64,000 nt of DNA, from assembly GCA_043228905.1 (NCBI GenBank), contig JBHGNT010000003.1:558001-622000 (forward strand), written 5' to 3'. Both the position numbers and the translations under genes were made by a program. The notes below the pieces were generated by a model. That model made no database searches, was not told where the DNA came from, and saw nothing but the letters and a program-made list of their open reading frames with translations. The stretch is from Azolla caroliniana. Lineage: Eukaryota; Plantae; Polypodiophyta. Shown here piece after piece: positions 23,730-35,439 of the stretch; the first letter of the stretch is position 1; each line of letters begins with the position of its first letter.

Positions 23730-24900
23730 CATAAAAGCATTGTAAGATGGGAGACAAAATGGCACACCCACATATCGTGTTTGATTGGATAGATCATGCC
23801 AAATTTGAGCATTTTCTCAATTTTGTCTTTAACCCGGGTCATGCATGGCGCATAGCGGTGACTTAGAGGTCTCAATCTCTACATGATTAGTCTATCATTG
23901 ACACGCATAGGGATTGTATGTTTGACCGCTTTCAGTGATACATTTCTAATGTTAACAAAGTATCAAACAAAGACATTTGGAACTCTTTGAGTAGCTCCTT
24001 CGGCTAGGTCAAATCAATTACAATGACCATTGGTTTAGGGGTTGGATCATATCCATGTTGATTTTCTTTTGTTTGTGCAACATCATTGAAGGCTATTTTA
24101 GGCCCTTTGACATCTTGACTAGGTTATAGGTAGACCTTGGAGTGTAGTCCTTGTTCATAATGCCCTTAGGAAAATATTCATTTTAGTGCTTTTATCATTT
24201 AGTACCTCATTCCTTTCTTTACTTTCCCATGGCTTTAATTTGTGTACCTTCAATGATGATATTGATATGTTTTAAGGGGAGGATCACCTTCGCACCGACT
24301 TGGCTTTGACATACCGAAGCTACAATTTCTTTATCATTGATTTTTGTAGTGTAGGTTTTTAGCATGTAAGGTTGGGTTCATCGGTGTTTCTTGAAAAGTT
24401 ATTAACATGACATAAACCCCTCTTGTTTTCATGTTTGGTGTGGACTTTCCTTAGCCTACCAACATAGACCTTCTAAAAATATACATTTCCATGAAACATC
24501 GTTTCCTTGGTAGGAAATGGTGGGTGAGTTGCCTTTGGCAATGACTTTAAAATTTGGACAGATGTAAGATAGGATGTGTTTTTTCTAACATAAAGGCAAG
24601 CATGTCGTCATCTTGGGTATCCTACTAGTTTTATTGCTTTACCAATTGCGAACTTTAATTGCAAGGAAACAATGTCATGTTATCACCATCTTTGCAATAG
24701 ATTGATTGAACGCTACCATCAAAACTCTTATAAGATGTTCTCTGATTTCCTTAGGTATGGGGTAATTGGTGGGTCTTGTTTGATGTGTAACACTCTCTTA
24801 AATGGGTCTTTATCCCATTTAGAGTTGTTGTTGGATCAGTCGATATTATAACATCTTCAGAATCTATATCCTTACCTTCGTAGTGCAACACACTCTATAC
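23730..24900 (-). mobile_element. Decayed gypsy pol relic (upstream part of the 4102-6820 relic)
   Basis: RVKDKIEKMLKFGMIYPIKHDMWVC (~23762-23836) resembles the gypsy RT start VKEEIDKLL..GFIYPV...WVSP. Right boundary approximate. Confidence 0.55.
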
Positions 24901-25466
24901 ATTATGTTAGCCTTGGTGCTATAATACAGTGTTACTTCTACAAAGAAGCTTCATAAAAAATAGTCAAATGGAGACTGTAAGGTTAGGTTTTGAGCTACAT
25001 ACAACCCACATTGTCGTCGGGTAAATTTGTGGCGTGAGTGAGACGGGACCATGAAAGCAAAGGATAAGACAACTTCCGAGAGCAGCAAATGGACAAGCAT
25101 TGAGAAAGCCCCATGCTTCACGTGGTATCCATCTACTAAAGTTAGCAGGTATAACTGAGATCCGAGCAATGGGCGGGCGTGTGGACAGAACAACTTGTCT
25201 TCGCCCACGATAAGGAGCCTTCCTCTTCTCTGGGACAACAGTACTTGAAAAACAGGGGGGGCTCTCGGAAACTTAGAAGCATTCCTTCATTCTATGTCTT
25301 ATGTCATTTTCACTATGTAGTAATTTTCAGTATTCATTGATGCCTCAAAGTTCTGTAGCAGAATTAGGGTTTTTTGGGCCTGCCCCACAGCAGAAAGACT
25401 TGGGGGTTCCTTTCTTCAGATAACAGCTTTTCGTGTCTCTAGCACAGAGAAATCGAAGCATGCCGG

Positions 25467-26927
25467 ATGCTGTGCATTCCCCCTGTCAGAAACGTTTCGC
25501 AGAGATGCCGGCTGATCCATGGGTTCTCACAGACGGAAGAAAATATGAAACAAATCCATGGTTTCACACACAAGGAAGAAAAACTTCAGCATATGCATGG
25601 TTTCATACACAAAGAAGAAGAACTTCAACGTGTGCATGGCTTTGGAGAGAACGAAGAGAAGCTTCAACAAATCCAGAACTTTTCATCTTTGCTGAAGCGC
25701 AATGCAAACGATTTCACGTGGGGAAACATTATTTTCCATACAATCATTCATTCTTCAGTAGCAGGTAACCGATTCTTGTGTAATCTTCTCCTCGAGTTCT
25801 ATGGGAAAAGACATGGGTCTCTTGCGGATGCTGTTTCAATCTTCCGTTTGATCCGTCACAAGAATGTGTACACATGGAACATCTTTCTTGCTTTGCTTGT
25901 TCAACACAATGAATACATGTATGCTCTTCAACAATTTCAACAAATGATCCTAGAAGGTATTTATTCAGACAAATTCACGTATAGCACAGTCATAGATGCA
26001 TGTGAAACACTATCTGAGGGGGTGTTCATGCACACTCGTATAATCAACGCACTGTCCGATTCACATGTTGTTGTCGCAACTGGTCTTATCAATATGTATA
26101 GTAAACATGGGCTCCTTTCGGAAGCTAAGGTCGCTTTTGAGCGTGTGAACACACCTGATACTATCTTGTGGAGTGTGATTATAGATGCTTTCGCTAAGCA
26201 TGGATTTGAGAAGATCTCGGTACAGCTTTTCATGAGAATGCAAAGAGAACAGCAACACTTAAGTTCCGATTCTGTAACTCTTATTTCCGTTCTTGGAGCT
26301 TGCGCCACGTTCTCAGCCTTAACATTGGGCCGCATTTTGCACTCATTTATCGTGGATGGGAGTTGTGAAACTGACTTGTCAGTCGGAAATGCATTGCTCA
26401 ATATGTATGCAAAATGCGGTGATTTGGATAATGGCTTGTGTGTGTTCAAGAATATGCCTATACGTGATGTGATATCATGGACTGCAATGATATCTGTATA
26501 TGCTCAAGTTGGGCTTATCGAGGAATCAATACACATTTTTTCAGCAATGCGAGACAATGACATCAGTCCTAATGAGATTACATATGTCAATATACTTTCG
26601 GCTTGCAGTCATGAAGGCAAGGTCGAAGAAGGATTACATTATTTTGTATCTGTATTTGAAGACTATTCTACGAAACCTACATCACAACATTATGGGTGTT
26701 TGATTGACCTCTATGCTAGAGCTGGGCGATTAGAGGAGGCTGAGGCTATATTGAGGAACAGTGAAGTTCGAAACAATGCAGTGATATGGCAAACTTTGTT
26801 AGGTGCTTGTAGATTTCATGATGATGCTGAGAGAGGTAAAAGAGCAGCCAATTTTATTATTAAATTGGATCCCTTGATATCAGCTTCATATGTAGCCCTA
26901 TCTGATTTTTATGTTTATGAAACTTAA
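25467..26927 (+). CDS. PLS-class pentatricopeptide repeat protein ending in E motif (no DYW)
   Basis: 486-aa intronless ORF with PPR motifs (GNALLNMYAKCG, DVISWTAMISVYA, HYGCLIDLYARAGRLEEA) and E motif IWQTLLGACRFH..YVALS. Confidence 0.93.
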   Translation: MLCIPPVRNVSQRCRLIHGFSQTEENMKQIHGFTHKEEKLQHMHGFIHKEEELQRVHGFGENEEKLQQIQNFSSLLKRNANDFTWGNIIFHTIIHSSVAGNRFLCNLLLEFYGKRHGSLADAVSIFRLIRHKNVYTWNIFLALLVQHNEYMYALQQFQQMILEGIYSDKFTYSTVIDACETLSEGVFMHTRIINALSDSHVVVATGLINMYSKHGLLSEAKVAFERVNTPDTILWSVIIDAFAKHGFEKISVQLFMRMQREQQHLSSDSVTLISVLGACATFSALTLGRILHSFIVDGSCETDLSVGNALLNMYAKCGDLDNGLCVFKNMPIRDVISWTAMISVYAQVGLIEESIHIFSAMRDNDISPNEITYVNILSACSHEGKVEEGLHYFVSVFEDYSTKPTSQHYGCLIDLYARAGRLEEAEAILRNSEVRNNAVIWQTLLGACRFHDDAERGKRAANFIIKLDPLISASYVALSDFYVYET

Positions 26928-28414
26928 GCTGGGTTCATAAGGAGTAGAATTACACCTTTTGAAAGGAGCATGCTGCTGGCATTGTGGTAAACTTGCCACT
27001 ATATTAGTTTCGAGACTCAAGGGTAACATATGCTCAACCAAAAAAGTTTCCAAGTCTACAGAAACATTTCTGTAGAACAATGTGCCAAAACTTTGTCGCA
27101 GTATTTTGTTTGGTAAGATACCATAGTGTGGATTATATATCATATAGTACTCACCTAGTTTCAGTTCATTTACAGGTCTTTCTATTTATTTATATCTATG
27201 TCAGGATTTGATGCAAACTAAAACCTGAGATGAACAAGGGACAATGCTAGGTGAAAATGCAGGGAAAAAAGTTTCTATTTTCTGCATATTATTGGAGGAA
27301 GGTCGTAAGTCTTTGCTTGTTTAAAGCAAAAGAAAATTATGACTTTGATTTTTAGAATATATGATCATACAGAGTATGGGGACTTTGCAATGAACACCAA
27401 AATATTGGAAAGTCACTGGAAAAATATTGATTCATGAGCTAGATTCATCAGAGTCTATCTTAACATGTGCATAACAAGAAAACTAAATTAAATGCCTTCA
27501 AACTTGATGATTCCTCATTGTTAGCAATTGCTCGTTCAGGCATACCATTCTTAAGGTTAGAAGAGACCTACTTTTTGCCATTCTTATCGCCTTATTAAAT
27601 TAACATGCTCTCCTAAGAAAGTATCATCTGTATGTGATCCTCTGAAGGCGAGATTGATGTAAACCGTTGGTGTCCCAGGCCACCAAATATTACTTTATGG
27701 TATATCTTTGAAGTTGAGAGGATGGATCTGAAAGAAGAGAGGGGTTTGCCTCACCAATAGACTCAGCATCTCAATGGTAACCAATCCCTTTTACGTAGCC
27801 CAATGCTTCACTAAGAGAGGGGATTGCCACATGGTCATACAGTCACAGATCTTTATAGGTTTGTTCTAAATTCTATACTTACGAAGCCCATTGAAAATTA
27901 ATCTTTACAATTAGTACCAAGGTAACGTCTGTAAAAATTCATTGGGCAAGAAAGGTTACTGCAAGGTTCGATTTACATGCTTCTTGATAGCATCTCATCC
28001 AGTATACGAACATAAGACTGGCAACTCACATATGTAAAAAATGATCAGACAGCAAGAAAATGGTAAAGAATAAAACATAAGCCTTTGAATTGAATATGGT
28101 TCAATTAGAACATCTGTTCAAATTTTATAATTTTTGGAAGTGGATGATTATTCCAAACTTTTTCTTATTATCTAAAGTTTTCAAATTTTATAAAAATAAG
28201 GTCAATTATTCCACAATGAGAAGAAATGGTATCACCAAATGGATGCCTTGCAGCTAAGAGGCGAAAGTTTTTTAATAAGAGAAATAGTTCTCTATACAAT
28301 CACTAGATTAACATAAAAAAATCATCATCTGACCACAATATACAGGATAAATTGCATCAACCTGGAAACTGGAACATAAAGATCATGCGACCTGCTTGAC
28401 ATTTTTTATATACA

Positions 28415-31400
28415 TCATGGTAATGGTTCTTGCACATTACCCAGTCTATTCAGGTGAAGGTAAGCATCTGTACCTGCATTTTTCAAAAAGATTTTATTAT
28501 ATTTCAAGCTGCAAATAAATATATTTACTAAATGACAACCAAAAAACTAATTTCCATTGATATATTTATCTCACAAAAAAAGAGTAAATGAATCATAACA
28601 AGACAAATACCAAAAAGATGAAACGTCTATACCAAGAAAATGCTAGTTTTAAATATGTGCATAAAGTCTTTAATCAAAATACATGGACATGGAATAGAAT
28701 CCCAATAGAAAGATTGTTTTTTGAAGGAAATAATTATTAAATAATAAGCTGTCAGACTAATTGCCCTCTCAAAACCAGCATGAAGGCAACCAATATGCTA
28801 CTTGCCCTTTTCTGAATTCTTGATATAATGCAATCTACATTGTACTATATTTATTCCAGTAAAGATATCCATCTTAAACTTAACTATTTTTCATTTGACG
28901 AAAAATACTAAGAAGCATAAATTATTGTTAAGGAACAAATTAGGATATTGCAAAGTATATGTCCTAACCATCAGCATGTTCTCACTTAATAGTAGAAAAA
29001 TAAACATCTGTTATAAGCATTAAAACCTTCATGCATTAGACATAAAAGACATATATTTGAGATTCCCGGTATTATGCATTGAAAAGGGACGGTGGAAATA
29101 TATATTACCATATCCTTCCATTGATATGACTTGCAAATCTCCTCCAAAATACTTTGCGTAAAGCCTACTGATAGGAAGGCCATAACCATAACCTGCCATT
29201 ATTTGTGGCATGTCTTGTAATTGCTGTCTATCATTTGCAACAGGACTTCGTGCGGTACTGTATAAGTAGGTCCAGATTTTGGAAATTCCACTCCTAGGAA
29301 TACCACCACCTTCATCAGAAATCTGGAAAAAAAAGCATCCAATGGACCACAGGTCACATTTACGGACAGAAGTTGAGACTCATCACTCCCAAGTTTACCT
29401 TGATGGTGACATCCTCAATGCCATCAGCAACTATAACCCTAATTGGAGGACAATCTTGATCTGTATCCTGATACCGTTCTTGCACAGCACGAAGTGAGTT
29501 CTTAACTAGCTCAAACACCATTTGATGCAAGTGTGTGGGGACATAGCTGTGAAAAGAACAATGGCAACATAACAGCATTATCTAAAGCTCAGACAAACAA
29601 ACTCCCAGGAAACAACATAAGCATCAAAGGAGGACTTACGCAAATGTAAACTTAGGATCTCCATACACATGCACTTCTGGAGCACTCCCATATGTACGCA
29701 TGCAAGCTGATCGGGCATCATCAATTGCATTTTGTGCAACCTCTACCGGTGATACTCGTGTGCATATCAGACCGATAAATCCCAGTGGTGGATCGGGCCG
29801 ATGCAATGCAACATGTTGACCTAGACAAGATCTCATCTTTATGCTCTTTGAATAGAAAAAGAGCATTCATGCACTTGTTTAAATTGTTGTCAACCACATA
29901 CCTATTAGCATTCGTATACCTATACGAGACATGTAGAACCGATCAAGAAACTGATGGATCTCCGGAAGTTCATTTAGACCCACTTTTCGGCCCAAATCTT
30001 CTTTTAATTCTTGTATGCCCATTGCCATAGTAGGCATAACATCATTATGCCGCATCTTAATCCGATGTATTAAATCTGTGAATTTTAGCTCCTCCTCATT
30101 ATTAAAAATTTCCGGAAAAACACGCAGATCTCGAAATGAATCGACATACCAATCCCTAACCTGAAACCAGTCATGTGCTTAACATCAAATTATTCATTAG
30201 TTAATATAATAAAATGATGGTGGTGGAATCCATTCAAAGTAATGAATGAGAAGAAGAATATCAAAACTTCTAAATCTTTCTTTTAGTAGCATATTGATAG
30301 TGTGCATGATCTCAACGTAAGCTATGAAGAGATTTTTATATAAACTCGACATCAAAACATTGGTCAAGCCCACAACCTTAATTTTCCAAGGCACAAGATT
30401 TACCACTACACCAATATGATATATAAAGCCAATCGTGCTTCAGCACATAATGTCTGTTCAACTTGCAATCACATATTAATTATGCCAACCATTCCTATCA
30501 AGTAAGTCCACCAAGTTTCTTATTTTTTTACTCCTTAAGTGACCACATACATAAAATTAATTTTGTAGAAGTTCAATTGAGAGGTCATATAATTGTGCCA
30601 TAATTCCCCAAATGCCACTCAGATTTAAGAGACCCCAAAATGCCACACTTTCGCATTTTAGCAACTCTGAGTGAAAGTGTAGCATTTTGATAACAATGTG
30701 TGCATTCATAGGATCAAAACTTTATCTCCTTCTCAATTTCTACCCTCAGGTGTAAGCTTGCTAGTTATTTTGCTCGAATGATTATGGCTTAGCTGATGGA
30801 AAAGTTCTTAAACGAATTATTACCAACGACATGTGACGCAATTTGAAAGGATTAAATGAAATCTGTGGAACAAAAGGATTTCTACTTATGTTGCTAGATG
30901 ATTATGTTTTAGGTAATGCACCAGGTCTTAAATTACTTAGATTATGTGACACAATTAGATGAATTCTGTGAGAAAAAAAGATTAAATGAATTCTGTGAGA
31001 AAAAAAGGTATATGATGTAGTCCTATTAAAATACCACACTATTACTCGAATTTACCAAATTGCCAAGGTGTGTGCCATTCTAGGAGTTTCTTAAATCTAC
31101 GTGGCAATTTGGGAATTATAGCAGTTATTGCCATTTGGATAAATTTTGGCCGATAAATGGAATGCCTGATGTATAATTTGCAATTTAGATGTCCTAAGTA
31201 TTAATCTCTGAATGATTCAATTTAACCATTTTCACCAACCTTAAGTACAGGCTGCTTGGTTGAAAGACCATGAGGCAGGTTCTCAAGCTCAATGACTCTG
31301 TGAGCAAGGCGAACGGGCAATTCTTTGTGAAGAAACTGAGCTGCCATGAGGAGGTTCTTCTCGGTTGGAAACGCGCCAAAATCCATCATGTACTTTAAGC

Positions 31401-31488
31401 TTACACCTGTTTGTTTCTTCAGACTGCATTTGTGGATATCCTCCACAAGATGTCTCGATACAGTGTCAGCGAGTCTTCGAAGAGCCAT
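28415..31488 (-). CDS. PDK: Mitochondrial pyruvate dehydrogenase kinase, 6 coding exons
   Basis: Exons 31488-31240, 30160-29902, 29820-29640, 29546-29399, 29322-29109 and 28473-28415; all GT-AG, total 1110 nt (369 aa). Motifs [63 protein letters not shown]. Confidence 0.96.
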
Positions 31489-34400
31489 AGTAACAAAGAA
31501 AGGTCTAGCAATGATGCATAACTGGGGTAAAATTACTGCTGTTTAATGGAATTCAAAACTGAATGAACTTCTGGTTTATGGAGGCATAAAATGAGACATA
31601 TATGAAATCTCAGTAGCTAATGTATACCTTCTTCAATTTGACAACTGAAATAAGTTTTAGATGAAGGAATTGGAAGAAAATTCTGACTGAGATGAAATCA
31701 CAGATATAACTATCTTCTTGAAATGTTTAGACTCGAATGGATTTCTAGACAGTAGAAAGCAAAAAAATCTGAAGCCAACAAATGCGAATGACCGCAACGA
31801 AGATGAATGTCTTATAGATTTAGAAATCCAATCAATGCAGAAACAGAGTAACCTGCAGGTATTTGAAACCCTAGTCACCTGAAAAGATGCAAAAACACTG
31901 AAAACTGAGTACTTTCAATTTCTAATTGCCTGATAATATGGAAAAAGATATTACATTAAGTATTTTGGAAACTCTTTCTGTCCAAACGATGTAGAATGAC
32001 TCTTAAACCTGGGGATTCCAAACAATAAAACGCAGAAAGTTGCCAAACGCATGCTAATATGAGGATTTGAAAATCTTGAAAATGTCTAGTCGAGCAGGAA
32101 AACTGTAAACTGAGCAATTAAACCCTAAAACGTCTGAAAACTATGGATTAACATTGTGACCTAAAAATTTCAAAACGATAGAGATACAGGAAAAGGATTT
32201 TGAACCCAAACACATCTGACATATGGAGAATGATTAAAAAACTGATGATTTCACAAAACTATAGCCGTCTGAATGTTGCAGAAAACAGTTTCAAAACCCT
32301 AAATCATCTGAAAAAAAAATTGGAAGACAGTATTCTCATCATTTCAGACTCGAAACCCTAAAATATCTGATCAATGCGATGAGGAAATATGCAGAAGAAA
32401 CTGATAGTACCAGATGATATTCAGGAATAGCTGCTAACCTGGTGAGTTTAAAACCTCTGAACGTCTGGAAGGATGCAAATAAGCTACAACCTGAGAATTT
32501 AGAAAGCCTAAGAAAACGTTTGAAAGATGTACAAAGACCAGTAAAAATACGAGGATTCTTTCAAATACCCTAAACCCTCGGGAGTATACGTCCAGAAAAG
32601 AGAAGGCGTGGATTGTTTCTGGAACTCGAATTGTCTGAGAGATGCAAAGAACAAACATAAAAAACAAACTTTTTTTAAGAACCTGATGGGTGTTCGGGAA
32701 CCCTAGCAGAGTGCAGAGATGGTGGATCGCCTGCTACAAATCGCCATTAAATCTTCAGTTACAAGGAAAGAGGAGGAGAGAAAGGCCATATCGAGAAAGC
32801 AGCCAAAAAAGCACAGCAAAATATAATACCAGTAGCAATCCACATCGTATATTATATAGGATAACGAGTAGTAGGAAAAATACAGACACATCGTATATAT
32901 ACGGTCATGTCCAAACAAAAATACGCTCCGTAGTTTTTTATTTATATCAATAAATGCCCTTCATTCATTCATTCTAATTGTGTATAATTTTCTCTTCATT
33001 GTCCACTAATCCATGAATCATACCATTCCAGACTACCATTCAGATCATATCTTTCTATAAGATTGTACATAATCACATCCACGATAATTCATAATCATTA
33101 CCACGAATGCCACTACAGAAAACATGGGGGATTAGTCTTTGTCCTCTGTGTTGTGCACGGTAACTATACGCATGCTACCCCATGAGAATCTTGAAACAAA
33201 CCCATATATATATATCAATCTTCTAAGGGACATGTCTCTCAATCTTCCAATCATTCAACGCATGTTGAGTCTAGATGGTAGTCTGACATATCCATACCTC
33301 GACGATAGTAAAACAATTGTTATTAACACTATTGTATGTTGGAGTGAGCAAACATCCGTAGTTGGGAACCTATTATTGCCCTACACTTCCAAACTTTATG
33401 TTGTTTCGAATCCTAAAATATGGTGTTTCTCCATATTTTCATCTAACCACATCTCAACGCTTTCTTTCCATTCTTCTACGTTCTTTGACAAGGCGCGAAT
33501 AAGTATAACTATGGTTTTTGCTTTAAACTTGCATAACCAAAGAATCTCATGATTCTCTACAATCTTCTCAACCCCCATTTTTCAACATTTCCATTACTTG
33601 GCACATTATAATAGCCTTTCATCCTAATCATAATTATGGTATAGAGTGGTGTATGATGCATACGGTGGTCATTCTTGATTAATATTATTACTAGATGCAT
33701 TCATATCCCATGCAAGAGTACTACATTTAACTTTGTTGTGCTTTTCTTATCCTTCCTTTTCTTCTTCTTTTTCTCAATATTAGCATGTTGAATGGTCAAA
33801 GTATGGAAGACTTAGACAAATATTGTGTATTTTGATGATAAGTGTACCCTAACTCGATTGGATTCACCCAAGGTAGTTGATATGAACGACTAAAGGTGAA
33901 AACCTGTTTATGTACTTATTCTTTGCTTCAAAATATGTAATCAAACTTTTTAAATGTGATGCGTTGAAGACGAGAGACACACATATAACAAATCATAACT
34001 ATTTATTCATTAAAAAAAAGTACACACCATAACAAATCATATGTGCATACCCAACAATATCAAAGCTCATACTTACATGTTGTAGGATTGAATCATAATT
34101 AAAAAGCAGTAGGCAACAAGATTTTCAAAGCATTCATTTCAAAGTGTAGGCCAAGTTGGACGATGTTGTTTACAAGTTTTGTTGGTATCAAAAGGTGCAT
34201 CTCGAAAAGCCACCACATTTTTGGGTTCACAGATTGGCAAATGATTAGAATTTCGTAGGCATACAACGTTTCAACTCTTCATCGTTTTACGTTGGTTTTC
34301 AGCTGACATGCACAACTTACAATGGAATTAGAGGGTGTTTCAAGGCTATTTATGGCCTCCATAAAACAGGCACAAGGAAATTGAAATGGCTGCCAAATTC

Positions 34401-35439
34401 AGATACATCAATGAGGAGTTGTAAGAATCAAAATGCATTAAAAGACTATTAAATTGACAAGGGCACAACAAACGTACATGGAAGAATGAACAAAGAAATT
34501 CAACACATGAAACATTGGAAAGATAAATAAATGCATTTTGGGTTTTGATAAAACCTCCAAATATGTGAGATCCCAACTCCCAATAAGGCATATATGCATG
34601 GTGAAAACCAACATTTAATTCCTAAAATAAAACTGCTTTCCTTGTACTATAGACGTTCACGGACTCATTTAATGCCAAGAGAAATTCAAAAGTTGAACAG
34701 GATATTGCAAAATCATTACAAGGATTTGAAGAGAATGGAGTGGTTTTTTTCCCTTGTACAATGAATGGAACTCAAGCATGCTTGCTTGACAAGTCTTTGT
34801 TCACTTACCACAAAAAGGATCATTACATGGATACTCATATATATTTGAATATGCTGACTACATACTTAAATATACCCTATTATTTACCAAAATGAATAAC
34901 TCTACCACTCTCTAGGAGCCTACTTCATCTCGATTACATTCTTAATTCAAACATCACACTCTAGCACACACATCAGGTAAAAAGTAGGAAACTATGTATG
35001 AATTTAAGTTTCATACATAGTTCACATTTCTCCGAGAGGAGCTACAATAAGCTTCATTGAAAGTCTACGATAGACTCTAAAAACAATGGAAAATAATACA
35101 AGGAACCCCATCCACAATTCAATCGGTTTCCAAAGTTTGGAACAATCACCATATCAATTAGCAAGGGGAGAGAGCCCACTTGGAATATATATTAATATAT
35201 ATATATAAGACAAGAGATATACATATACATATATATATCACTATGAAAAGTGGTTCCAATGGCCAAAATTCACAAAAAAAGGGAGGTGGGGGGAAGTAAG
35301 GCTACCGACCTCAGATGGGTACCTGCCACAAAAATAAGCCAAAACTTGGGTTGGGTAACAAAGGCTGTTGTTTAAAAGGACAAAAATTCCATGTTGAAAA
35401 GATGCAAGGGGTTAAAAAGAAAACAAAACACGCACTAGT

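Noticed and set aside
33000-33950. Possible decayed transposase (also 40400-42550)
   Set aside because: Looks like eroded coding DNA but I found no diagnostic motif or termini.
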